This document shows, piece after piece, positions 24,953 to 37,000 of a DNA stretch of 64,000 bases (position 1 is its first letter; each line of letters starts with the position of its first letter). The notes beneath the pieces were generated by a model. The model was given only the letters and a program-made list of their open reading frames with translations. It did no database searches and was not told the origin of the DNA. Source of the stretch: Raillietiella orientalis (lineage: Eukaryota). The position numbers and the translations under genes were made by a program. The DNA lies in contig JAYWIR010000003.1 in NCBI GenBank assembly GCA_036172245.1, forward strand, positions 2,418,001-2,482,000, in the 5' to 3' direction.

Positions 24953-25741
24953 GGAGCCGCCGCCGCCGCCGCCGCGGACTGCTCTCGGGGTGTTTTCGTG
25001 CTTGCAGCGAGCGAAGGGGCACCGCCGCCGCTTCCGGAAGAGCTCGCGGAAGCGTTTTTTTTTTTTTGTTGTTGTTGTTGTTGTTTCGTTTTTTTTTTTT
25101 TTTTTTTGTTGCTTTTGGTCTCTCTCTGATGGGCACGCCCTGGAAAAAACACGCTCGCGCGCGCGCACACGCATGTATCTTTTTTTTTTTTCTCTCTCTC
25201 TCTCTCTCGTTTCTAGGAGACCGACGAGTCGCTTCCATTTTACGCTCTGCGAGCAACGGGACACGAAGCGAACATCTGGGAGCGGATTCCATGTCGGAGA
25301 GGGGATGAGGACGCAGGACACGCGCGTCGCCGCCTCGCACGCACGCACGCACGCACGCACGCACCGGCACTCTCCGGGCGATCCGAGGATGGCGTGGTTC
25401 GGATGCTCCCCGGCTGAGGCGCTCTCTTCGGGAGGGAGGCCGCGCGCAGGGAACGGGTCCCCGTCCTGTTGGCGCCGTGCTCATGCAGCCCCAGCCAGGC
25501 CGGCGCGCGTTTCCGGTCGGGAGCCACCGCCAAAGTCTCCAGCACGGACACGCTCGTGTCCTTCCTTTGCGGTCGCCCCTTCCCCACCTCCACGGTGTCC
25601 GCAGGCTTGCGTGTGCCGGAAGGGGGGGGACCGAGGGGGAAGAGGACGGGCGACCGATGCCCGCCCGGGGTATTCCTATTGGCCGCCCCAGAAAGAATTC
25701 CAAGTTCTGTGTTCCAGTGGTCATCCATCTCTTTTGATTAC

Positions 25742-25747
25742 TTTATT
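25742..25747 (-). terminator. Candidate polyadenylation signal AATAAA for Antp
   Basis: tttatt on + strand. Minus-strand context TGTATTTATGTAG...TGTGATATGTGTTTAATGAGGAAATAAAG has upstream UGUA elements. Composition becomes GC-rich just beyond it. Confidence 0.6.
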
Positions 25748-25993
25748 TCCTCATTAAACACATATCACAATGAACTACATAAATACAGAAGACAAGAACG
25801 GTATCGGAGCCACGTTGCCGGTCAACGTCGGGTGGCTCCCATATCAACTGCACCTCCAAGGTTTCTTTGTACATTTTACACTTTTTCGTCGGCATGGAGC
25901 GAGTCTGCTTTACCCTGCTCTTGCAAAGTTTTCCCCATGTACAGCTTTAAACTTGAAACTTTTCAACAAAATAAAAAGACTAGTAGAGAGTAA

Positions 25994-26005
25994 TTACGTA
26001 TACTG
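25994..26005 (-). promoter_or_regulatory. miR-iab-8-5p / miR-iab-4-5p target site in the Antp 3' UTR
   Basis: + strand TTACGTATACTG, so the mRNA reads CAGUAUACGUAA. This is complementary to nt 1-12 of iab-8-5p (UUACGUAUACUG...) and nt 1-10 of iab-4-5p (ACGUAUACUG...). miRNA sequences are recalled from Drosophila. Confidence 0.7.
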
Positions 26006-26046
26006 TGTGTGTGTGTGTTTGTGTGTGTTTGCGTGTGTGCGTGTGC

Positions 26047-26079
<33 letters not shown>
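26004..26079. repeat. (TG)n microsatellite, interrupted; (CA)n in the Antp 3' UTR
   Basis: Direct reading; abuts the iab-4/8 site. Confidence 0.9.
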
Positions 26080-26081
<2 letters not shown>

Positions 26082-27865
26082 ATTGGAAAAACGTTTCCCT
26101 TTGCCAGGACGAGAACGGGAATGCACTTGGGATATCCGAACACGACGGTCGTCTCGGCTTGCATCCGCGCTGTGATCACCGTCGCGGGTTCCTCGAAGAA
26201 CTCCTGGGGTGAGGGGTGGGGGGGTCGGAGTGGGGAGTGGGGGGGCGGGTGGAGGGGAAGCCCCCTGCGACGTCCACGCGGCAGCAGCAGCGAGCGCGGG
26301 ACGGCTTCTTTCCCGCCCCTTCGCCCTGAAGTCCGCGTGTGCTGTCGGCGCACCTTCGCCGCCATGGCAACGGGATTCCAGAGGACCGCGGCACTGCGCT
26401 CCCTGCGGTTTTTCAAACCGGCCATCGCTTTAAATGCTACTCATCGGAATTTTCGCCTTTTTTTTTTTCTTTTTTTTGGTTTCGTTTTTGTTTCTTGTGT
26501 TTTTTTTGGGGTGTGTGTGTGTGTTTTGGTTTTTTTTTTTTTGTGTGTGTGTGTTTTCTTTTCGCTTTGCTTTCAGCCAGTTTTCCGCGGACACCAAAAA
26601 TTTCATTACAGAGTTCCTTGTCTGCTTGGGAAAAGAGCGGAAAGGGAGCCGGGGGGTGGGAGGGGAGGCGAAACGGAAAACCGAAGGCCCTCCCCCCCCA
26701 AAAAAAAAATGGAAACGCAAAAGTGAGAATTCATCCAGTGGCAGGAATCGTCAAGTGCTGCCTCTCGCGCCGAAAGCCTGACTTACTTTCCCAAAGAGCG
26801 GGAAAACGCAGGAGTTTGAATTTCCGCTGCCAAAAGACGCGAAGCAAATGTGCACCGCTCGCAACATTTTCATTCAAATAAATAAAAAGTGGTGTCGAGG
26901 AAGTTGAAGGGGGGAGGGGGGGCGAGTGGGAGAATTCGTGCTTTGGAGTAAGCAAGAGGTTATCTTCAGGACTCAGCGACAAGTACAGAGTCCACGCAAA
27001 CGTCAGAGACAGCTTTGTCTTGAAGAAGAAGAAGAAGAAGAAGAAAAAAAAAAGAGCCGCAAGAAGGTGGAACGTGCAAACAACCGAATGCCAGATGGCC
27101 ACGGAGAGAGTGACGCTGTGGGATTCGCGAAAATGATGGATCCGTTAGTGTACACGTGCTGTGTAGAGGGTTCCTGCGCGCGGAACTGTGCTGAAGGCTT
27201 TCCTTGTACATTACGTCATCTCTCGCGAGACGATACCTCGTAAAGCGTTCCTTATTTTATCCTCATTGTATAACCTCGGTTTGGGGGGCATCCAAGCATA
27301 CGCGCGCATTCATGTGCTCAAGAACGAAAAGGAAAAAAAAAAAAAAAAATCAAAAAAAAAAAAAAAAAGGAAAAGAAAAAGACCCATTCACTTCGTCTAC
27401 GGGACTCACCACCATCTTCTCACGAACACTGAACTGTCTGAAGGATCGAACGAAGGTCACTGTTCAGGTACCACATTGATGAGTTTTCGGGAGTTATCTC
27501 TTTGAATCCTGCACGTGCTCGCGTTTTGGGAATCCAGATGAGTCACGACCCGCTTTCAGTTTCAATGAGCAATGGACCACTATACACAGATTCGGTTCCC
27601 AGGTGGAAGAATCAACCCGAGAATCGGGAAAGAAAACTTTTTCGAGGATGGCGGCTGGGCAGGGCGGGCAACAGCAAAACGGGGTCACTCATGATTCCAC
27701 GAAGTGCCTTTACGCGCACTCCTCTCTCTCTCTTTTTTATTTATTTTTATTTTTTTTTTCCAGGGAATTTCGCCGGGGATCCGGGAGTCGTGCTGGAGAG
27801 CAACTCGGGTACACATGGGATTCCTTTTTTTTTGCTTCTTCTTCCTCTTCTTCTTTTTTTCCTTT

Positions 27866-28162
<297 letters not shown>

Positions 28163-28624
28163 TCATGTTAGGAACAAGGGAGAGCTTTCGTTTCGTGCTC
28201 GAAGGGGGTTCTTGAAATTTTCCAAGACCCTTCCGCGGTCCCTCGAAAATTCCGGAAGCCCTCACGGGCCAAAAAAAAAAAAACACTTCGCGCGTGTACC
28301 GGGAAGCAGACGTTCCTCTTTCGCAGGCACACGTACGAACGTGCAAGCCATCCGGAAGCGGATGGGGCATGAGGGGACCCACTCGCCATTCACCCTCGGA
28401 ATGAGAGAAACCCCCCAAAGTTTATGTATTTATACTTTTTTTTGTTTCGTTTGTGTTTTTTCTTCTTTGTTTGTTCCCTCCCCACTGTTGGCCATGGTGC
28501 ACCTGACCAGCCTGCGTTCCGGTATCGCGGCAGGTCAGAACTGAAAAGGGCGTGGTTGGACCACCGGTACAAACACAGAGATAGTAAATGTTTATTTTAT
28601 TTATAAATGGATGCCCCGGTGCAC

Positions 28625-29030
28625 CCGGGCCAGGACTCGGAAAAACGACTCGATCTTTCTCTTCGCCTAGAGGTATACTCCACGTATGGAGACGCGCCTC
28701 CGAAGGCAACCCAGAAAAGAACCGCTCCTCGCTCCCTCCTCTGGAGAGGAAACCAGGGGGGGCGCTTCCGAATTTCTCTGACAGGCGCGCTCCCCGAGGT
28801 GAGTAGCGCGTTTTTAACGCCTTGGCAGCGCCATCCCCGAGGGGGGAGGGTATTGGCCAGCCCTGTGGAATGCCAAGGAACGGCTCCATTTTTGCAACCG
28901 GAAGGAAATCTCGAAGGGAACGGACCCCTCGATTCCTGGAAGGACCCCGGAGGGTCAAGCCAAAGAGGGCATCCGGTTTCTCGGTTCCGCCAGTCGGAAA
29001 TTTCGGCATGCAGCAGGATGGCGTGCTGCG
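28625..29030 (-). mobile_element. Second, diverged and apparently headless copy of the same interspersed repeat, in the Antp intron
   Basis: Same orientation and block order as 12030-12440: GAGTAGCGCGTTT at 28801-28813 vs 12240-12252; TCCTGGAAGGACCCCGGA at 28934-28951 vs 12320-12337; ggcgcttcc.aatttctc shared. Confidence 0.65.
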
Positions 29031-30310
29031 CTGGAGGCTGGACGGCGTCGGCGGCAAACGGGACAGATGCAACAGGCGGCAAGACGCCGAGCAGGCAAGG
29101 TGAGCGAGAATCTCCAGGCTCAGTGAAAGAGGCTCACGAAGAGATCAGGGCGTCCTCTGAAGACGGACGGAAGATTCCAAAATCAGCTGACTGCAGCTAG
29201 CGAGCGTGCGTGCGGTGCGGTTCCCGCCAGATTCGTTCCATTCGTGGCCATTGAGAAAGAGTGATGCGCAGCCACGGGCAGCGCTTAGGCGGAATGTAGG
29301 TGGCGATTCGCTCGCGTGATGGGGAGGAACGCGGGTCCACACCACGTCCGCGGCGACCGAGCCGAGCGCGATATCTTTGACGAAACATCCGCGGTGCGGA
29401 AAGGACGCAGGGCTCGCCGGCAGCCATCAGGCACGGCGGCACCTTCCGCTGAGAAACGGGTGCCATGAGAAATATGCATTCGGATGTGCGGAGGCGACGA
29501 TCCTTCCGTAAAGAGCTCCATAGAGCCGGCTGATTTGTTGATCTGCTGGTTTGGCGCACAGCGGCCTCGAATCGTCGCGATCCGAGGTCCCTCCAGAGTC
29601 GCGCTGATCGGCGGAACCCGAAGAACCAGAGCGACTAACGGGGACACTGGGGTTTCCAGCACTAACTGCCATGCTCGTGCCCTCTGGGTCCCCGACGTGG
29701 AAGCCGTACGATTCTTCCCTACACTCCAGAAATCCAGAAATCATAAGAGACGCGAGAAAGGGGAAAAAATGGGATTTCAAGAAAAAGGAAAAAAGAGAGA
29801 GGGGGCGGAGGGGGAGAAGATCCCGAAAACGGAATAGAAGATGATGGAATAAATGAGACGTTTGAAAGTTTCAATATCGGTGGCCAGCTGCACGCGTCAA
29901 TCGAGTCGGCAACTAGAAAGGAGCGTGCAGCAGCTCTGGGAAGCCTTAGCTTCCCGCACGACAGGAGGAAATCGCCCATTCTCGGGGGGAAGGGCTGAAC
30001 ATCTGAAAGTTGCCATTCGAGATTCCATTTGATTCGACTGGATGAAAGGGAAGAACCAGTTCCAAGCTGCCGCAAGAGACGGGCGCAGGAGACGAAACAA
30101 ATCAAGCTGCCGGCGAGAGATCTCTCCTGACAAGAGTGAAATAGTGGAGAGGATCCTTCAGGGATGCCGCCGGCATCCTACAAGGGCGGCGCGGAGCGCG
30201 GGACACACCCAGCCCGGAGGGCAGATCGACGGGAGCGGAGAGCAGCGGAAAATGGGACCGCTTGATGAAGCCCGAGCGCCAGCGTCGGCGCGCTGGGGTC
30301 TCTCTCTCTT

Positions 30311-30341
<31 letters not shown>

Positions 30342-33300
30342 GGAAAGGTCCACTTTTCCTCGGAGTTTCCGGGCGGAGCCCCTCGTCCGAGGAGATTCCG
30401 ACTCGGAGACGCCGTGCGTGCCCGCTGAGGGCAAAAGGACGCCACGCGGAACCTCCTCGCTGGACGCTGACGCTCCTGCGCCACGAGCTGCAGACGAGGT
30501 GGACCCTCCAAATAAAGGAAAAAAAAGAAGAAAAAAAAAAGAACCACCACTACTTCTTGGAACCGAAGGAATCTGCTGAGGGCTATCACGAGCTGCGCCT
30601 CTGACACGGAAGGACACGTCTGTAACCCGAGAATTTGGTACGCACGTGCGTTCTGAGGAGGGTGGAAGAAGGGTGGAGCACACCCCGAGCAAACGAGGAC
30701 ACACACACAAAAAAACAACGAGGTGTGGTGTTGCGTGCGCAACGCTCTCCTGGTGATTAGTACTCGTGGTAGGTACGAGAGGGCGTGGTATTGGGATGAC
30801 CTCAGAACCCGGGGAGCGGCAAAAAAGGAAGAGGAGGAGGAACGTAAGTCCGCAGAGCGTTGGGGGCACCTGAAGCGCAGCCGCCAATAGCATCGGGAGA
30901 CTCGATGTCTTCGAGCGGCTACGGGAACGTCCCTCGCTGTCGCACCGCAGAGACAAGCGAGCTGTGAGCAGAGAGAGGGCGCAGCCTCCTGGGGAGAAAC
31001 AGCCATGCCTGCCATCTCGGAAGACATGGAAGCGGCGACCAGGCAACGTGCGATCTCGAGGCGGGCTCTGCGTAGCTGCCGCCTACCGTTCTCGCTTTTT
31101 CCTTACGCCCACTGCCCATTCCGCCTGCTTCGTAGTTGTTTCCAAAGGAACCCGCCGAAAGCAGCAGCCAAGAGTTCAAACGCATCCAGGGACAAATCCT
31201 GGAGGGGAGCCATCGGCAATCCTCTGGAAGTTCGCATCGCGAGGGGCTCCCCCTCGCTGATGCGCAACTGCCTCTGCCAACTGTCCTCTGCCCATCCAGT
31301 AACGAGCGATTCGGGAAATGCGATTGAAGGAGGAAATCGCAGTGGCCTTCGGTGACGAATGGGAGCACTTCACTCCCTACTCCGGAAGACGCAGGAGCGT
31401 GCCCCGCGACCGGAGCACGCGGAACGAACAGCGGTCCTTCCTTCGAGCCGCAAAGACATTAGAGACTTTCTATGCGCTTCCGGAAGGTGATTCTGGGGAA
31501 AGCGTCCAGGAGTCGACACTCACGACGCGCAGCAGCGCATCTTCGATTAGGGAGCCGCGTCCACCGTTGCCCCGATGCCGGAGAGGTCGCCTAGCTGCCC
31601 CCATTCAGCTCGGATTTCAATAACATTGGGCGATGCTTGTTTTCGGTGCAGCTGGGCGGGGTTTGCTCTCTCTGGGGATTCAGAATGGCGCATCGGTCTA
31701 TTCATGACCCCCGTTCTCGAGCACGCACTTTCGTGCGACATCCACCGGGACCACTGTTTGACCCCGCGCGCGCTCGTTAGCGCGGCCTGAGTTCGCTCTA
31801 TAAGAGGGAGCAGAGGAAGCTGGGATTACTGGAGGCTGGAACCGCTCGCGTTTCGTCAGCCGCCTCGCGTTCCACCGGGCAGCTGGAGGCGAAGGTCTTG
31901 AGCAAGCTCGTGCATCCATCTGCAGTCGCCCGTTCCCGTCTTCCTTTCACTCGCTGATGTGGGAGTCCACCGGAATTTTCCTTTCCAGCGTCCCTGTCTG
32001 CTTGCTTTCTTCCATGACTGACGCTCATCTGGCACGAATGTTTCTTTATCCCTCTTCTTCACAAGCCTTCCTCCATCTCAAATGGAATTCGCCTGGTGTG
32101 TCTTAGCGTTCATCAGGCTCTGGGTGGAGTGGAGCGTTCAAAGATGTTTGTATGTTGCTTGGACAGAACGGATGCAGCCCGGTCTCTGAGCTCTTCTGAG
32201 ACCAATAAATTTTCTTCACGACGTTCCAGTACCGAGGCAAGTTTCGGAGGGAACTCTGACAGCTGCAGCGTCTTCCTGAGTGTTCTCCCACGCGCCGCAT
32301 CTTGCAGTTGCGCTAAGCTCTGCGATTAAGGAAAATTCAGATGCCACATATTTTTCCACGTACACGCAAGCTTCATCGGTAGGAGTCGGCCTTTTCGTTG
32401 CATCCAACGACACGCTCGTAGGAGCAAGAAGCTATCTCGCGCCCTGAGTGTACACCGGCGAGTCAGCCTTCGTCCTTCTCCCCGTGGTTTCCATCTGTAT
32501 ACGTGCACGGGAAGGAAGCGAAAAGATCATTCAGACCACCTCGTTATATTTCCAAAAGACGGTTCTCGAAAGTTCCAAGACGGGCTCACGAAACACGAAA
32601 ATCGTGTATCTTTGTGACAACCGAATCTTTCGGTCTTGAAGGCTCTTCCCGACTGAACGGTACTCAAAAAAAGGAAAGAAGAGAGAGAGACGCGGTTTAG
32701 TGCAGTTCGTATTCCGTTGCTTGAAGGAACCGATTGCTGCTTCCCTGAATGGATCGTGAGGGATCTTCAGTCAGCCTCTTTCACCTCTTAATTCAGAAGT
32801 TTCCTCATCGCTCGCCCATTTCTGGTAGACGGCACATTCGCGAGAGGAACACGGTGGAAGTGTGCGCAAAACCTCTTCCAGTGCACGAGGGGCACAGGAT
32901 GCGCAGATGCCGGCAGCACGCAAGCACTAATGAGCCTTCCGCAAGCGGAAGAGAGGGGCTGTGTGGCAACCGACCTCCGTCGCAGCGACGAACCACCAAC
33001 CAGCCCCCGTTTTCGAGGGAGTGTCACACGGGGCACGACGACTCTCTCTGTCTGCATTCACCTCTTCTATGGGTCCATTTCTGCCATTCGTCGGATTCTT
33101 TGCGCAAGTTCGTGTCACGCGGAAAGCACCCAACAGCGTTCATTTGCCTAGACGTTCCCCTTAAGCCGTTCCGAGGTCAAGAATCCATCGGAAAAGAAAG
33201 GCCCTGGGACACCAAAGGACCGCAGCACCGCAGGAGTTGCTGAGAAACCGCGTTTTTTCTTCTCCTATTTTTCTCTCTCCTTGCTTTCAGGTTTTCAGCC

Positions 33301-33935
33301 ATCCCGGATTCCCAATAGGGTGTTGCGAGGGATACCGGGTTGGCGATAGCGGGCTTTCGAAATTCACGGAATGACCGCCTGCCCGGAGATAATCTTTCTA
33401 GCTTTCGATCCTTTCCTTTTCGTTGGCCAATTCGCGAGACGGTCAAACCGACTGGCGCCACCTTTTCAGTCAGTCTGCTGCCAGCGCACATGGCTCTGCT
33501 TCTGAATGAATCTTCCCGAACGAGATCGGTTTTTCACGCTCCTCTGAATTCGGAACTCGTTGCGCACTCCGGTCGGCGTTCTCCTTTTCGCTTGAGAAGC
33601 CTTCCAGCATCTGTTCCTGAAGAAAGAACGAAACAAAAGGGCGAAGGAGCAGCCCCACGTCGGTGGCAGCCTTTTGATTTCAAGGATTGATTTCGGGCTT
33701 TCTCAGGTATCGCATCTCCTCAGAATATCCTCACTTTCCGGATACACGGCAAGCAGATTCGAGTTCACGCGGTGCAAGAAAGGGAGTTTAAAAAAAGTGT
33801 GAGTTCTGGAAGACGCGAACTGAAAATACCGAACACTCTTTATCGGCACAACTGAATTCTCGAGGCAACTGGGAGCTGAGAAGCCGAAATCCCATCAAGA
33901 AAAAAATAGCGGTCGAGGTTGTTGCCGCCATTTCG

Positions 33936-34003
33936 ACTGTCACGTGCTGTAATTTTTCCCAAATTTGCCACTGTCACGTGTTTCAATTTTTGCCCAATTT
34001 TCC
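33936..34003. repeat. Two-copy direct tandem duplication, 34-bp period
   Basis: ACTGTCACGTGctgtAATTTTTcccaaatttgcc / ACTGTCACGTGtttcAATTTTTgcccaattttcc. Confidence 0.8.
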
Positions 34004-37000
34004 AGAAACATTTCGTGAATGATCCGACACTCCAAGCGTCATAGGAAGATGCTAACGTTGCCTAGTCAGGAATAGATTGATGGCCCCTTTCATTCAGCAT
34101 CCAGGGGCAAGACCAGCCTCGTTTAATCAGTCCTCTATTTTTAGTTTCTCTTTATTTCGATAGAGAACCGCGCTGCGCATTTTCCACAAAGATACATGCA
34201 GATGGCACTCGATGTATGGTTTATGGTACTTTGATAAGATGGCTCCAGATGTTTCGCTGGAGACTAGTCGGATTTAAAAAGGAGCAGCGAGCGTAAATGT
34301 CGCACATCTTGGCACGCTGTCACTATTCCGACCAAACAGGTATCTGTTCAGTGATTTTCTCAGGGAAATCTTCCGCACGTTGAAGGAAAAATGATGCAAT
34401 AAGTCCGATGCATTTTGCCGGTCTAGGACTCTTACAGAGGGAAAGAGAGGAGTGCATCTCTACCTGCAGTGCATCAATATGCAATACGAGGAATATGATA
34501 TCTGCCGAAAGCGTCGCCAAGAAACCTACACTGCCGGAAGACGTCTTGCGGATGCTTGCTGAGAGTTCGCATAGAGAGCATCTTCACGCTGTGGTGAACT
34601 CAAACGAAATCTCGCGTTCAAGGATTCCTTCCATTAGTCGTTTCATGTTGTTGTCGCCATGATTTTCATTGTCATCATCTCCCTCACCCTGGATGCTGCC
34701 CCAGTTACTCCGAAACGAGATGGTGCTCTCGAGCGCATTTTCCCATGCGCTTTTCAAGTTGCTTCTGTGCCTGTCTTTTTTTTGGTTATCAATAGCATGC
34801 CTTTCTGAGCGGGGGTCCAAATTCTTTGCGACAGACGACTGAACCACACGTAAGCGACATAGACGCAGCTCTGGGGATACGCGTACTGTCCGACGTCCTC
34901 ACTGCAGCTTCTATTATGACATGGGATAGCATCCGACTTGCATCCCCCAGGAAACCAGTTCGCGGAAGGAAGCAAAAGTCTCGGAGAAAATGTGCAGCTC
35001 TTCGAGTCGCACGCGGCACCCTCAAAAGTTAGTATCGGGTCCTCTTCGACGATGCAGCCAGCCACGCTAAATCCCAAAGTGGTCAACATTTTCCACTTTC
35101 TTGATTTGCCTGGTCGGTCGGTTTTTCCTGGTGAATGAACCAAACCGAACTAAGCAAAACAGTCAATTCAGAAGAGCCGATGCGATGCTTTGCATTTTTT
35201 TTCTGTGCTCTAACGCCGTCGTGTGCTTGAAAGATCGATGGTATTTCGCAACTACGATCAAGCGACCGAGTCTCCCAGCGGAGAAGCTACTGAGTCAAGT
35301 AATGGATCATGGAAACCTTACTGATGGCTCACTGTTTTTGAAAAGATCTTGACTGGCTCCACACGCGCGCTCTTCATCTTGGCCAATGAAACTCGTTTCT
35401 ATTGGCAATGAGTCCATCAAAGACTCGAAATGCGGGGAAAAAAAAAAAAAAGTAGAAAAAGCGGTGCATCTTCCTGGAGGGACTCGATCAGGATGTCATG
35501 TGGTTAGACGCAGCAGCAAAGCAGTGCACCAGGTCTCTTCCCACCGAAGAAGGAACCAATTCCTTCTTCACGAGCGGAGATCGAGTTAAGGAATTTCCGA
35601 TTTTTACATCTCCTTGCGGTGGAGCATTTAGTTTCCTTGGTGAATTGGTGTGAAACGAGGAGATGCTCTTCTCGCTTCCTGCGCATGTTGCCCCCAACGA
35701 AACGGAATTTTCCCGATCTCCACGATTTTGCTCGCGATGTTTACTCTCATCACGTAGTCCACAATGTCACGAAACGCCTGGTAGCACTGTCTGCTTGGAA
35801 ACCTCAAGAGATTTCTTTTCACCAAACGCTCCGTTCTTTCCCAGGAGCGAACAGTCGATCGATGGCACGTAAGAGGAACGCCTGCAGCACGGGATGGCTC
35901 CTGCACAGGCCCAGCAGGAAACAAGATTGCCATTTGCTGAAGAACCCGGATGTCAACTACCAAGACTGTGACCGGGTGAGAGCTGCCCCGAAGGACTCGA
36001 AAAAAAGCGAAACAGATAAAACGATCAGAAACGCTGAATCCACCAGTCATCACGATACTACTGAATGTGCAAATCGCCGTCGGTGTTCTTTAAAGAAGCC
36101 CGCTTGACCAAGTTTCATTTCAGGGGTCGCGCGCAATCCGTTTGAGCGCCGGCGCTGGTCAAATGGAATTTCATAAGCAGGTTCCCTCTCGAAACTTGAT
36201 GATCGGTGGAATGCAGAAGGAGGAAAGTCCTCAAGGGTCCCATCAACTGCCTTCCTTCAGAACCACCATGAGTGGTGGAAGGAGCTCTCACCTTCCTCAG
36301 GGCACTGTGGAGACGCAAAGTGGCGTCTAGGACGGGACAGCCAAAGCCCATGTACTTCATCGAGAAGGATGCTGAAAGCTCCTGAACCCGGTTTGAAATT
36401 CCTCTCGCTAACCATCACCGTTTCGATCCAAGAATAACCTTTGTTTCGGGAGATGCTGAAGCGATCGGCTGACCAAGTCAATCTGTTCAAAGAGGACGAA
36501 GATGCAAGCCAGAGCAGGGTCCCATCCTCCCTGCTCATTGGAGGGGAGTTTCCGAAAGGTCCCAAAATTCTTTTTCCGCGATTCCGATTCGAGGATATAT
36601 ATATATATATTCCTGAATCTTTGTTGTTGTTGTTGTTGCTGCTGTTATTGCTTCTTTTTTGTTTTTTTTGGGGGGGGGCCTCTCCTCGTTTTAGCAATGA
36701 CTCAGTTTTCTAATAACCAGGAAGGTGCGTGTTTACAAGAAACGTCACGAAACTGTCGCACACAAGCCGAGGATTCTATGCAATTTTTCCCAATTTGAGT
36801 CCATCGAAAATGAATTAACGGCAAAAGAGAGAAATTACCAGGGGAAAATAAAAGAAACGGGGACTGCAGAACAAAGCAACATCACCCTTCACGCAGCCAG
36901 CATCCCCTGTCAGGACTGTAATTTCACGTTCCCAATACAGCATTATGAATGATGATAACCCTCGCGTGAGAACAGCGAAAATCCGGAACTCGACCAATTA

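Larger units (their letters stand above)
25725..27865 (-). other. Antp: Probable Antp 3' UTR (about 2.1 kb)
   Basis: Runs from the stop codon to an AATAAA preceded by several TGTA elements and AU-rich sequence. Contains Hox-typical miRNA seed matches. The 3' end is approximate. Confidence 0.6.

Noticed and set aside
25994..26020. The miR-iab-8/iab-4 gene itself
   Set aside because: The match stops at 12 nt and runs into a TG repeat; there is no hairpin or star arm, and it is the wrong cluster position. Treated as a target site.
27735..27760. Proximal AATAAA hexamers about 110 nt after the Antp stop
   Set aside because: Embedded in an A-rich low-complexity run without a supporting context. 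Not excluded as an alternative poly(A) site, but not supportable from sequence.
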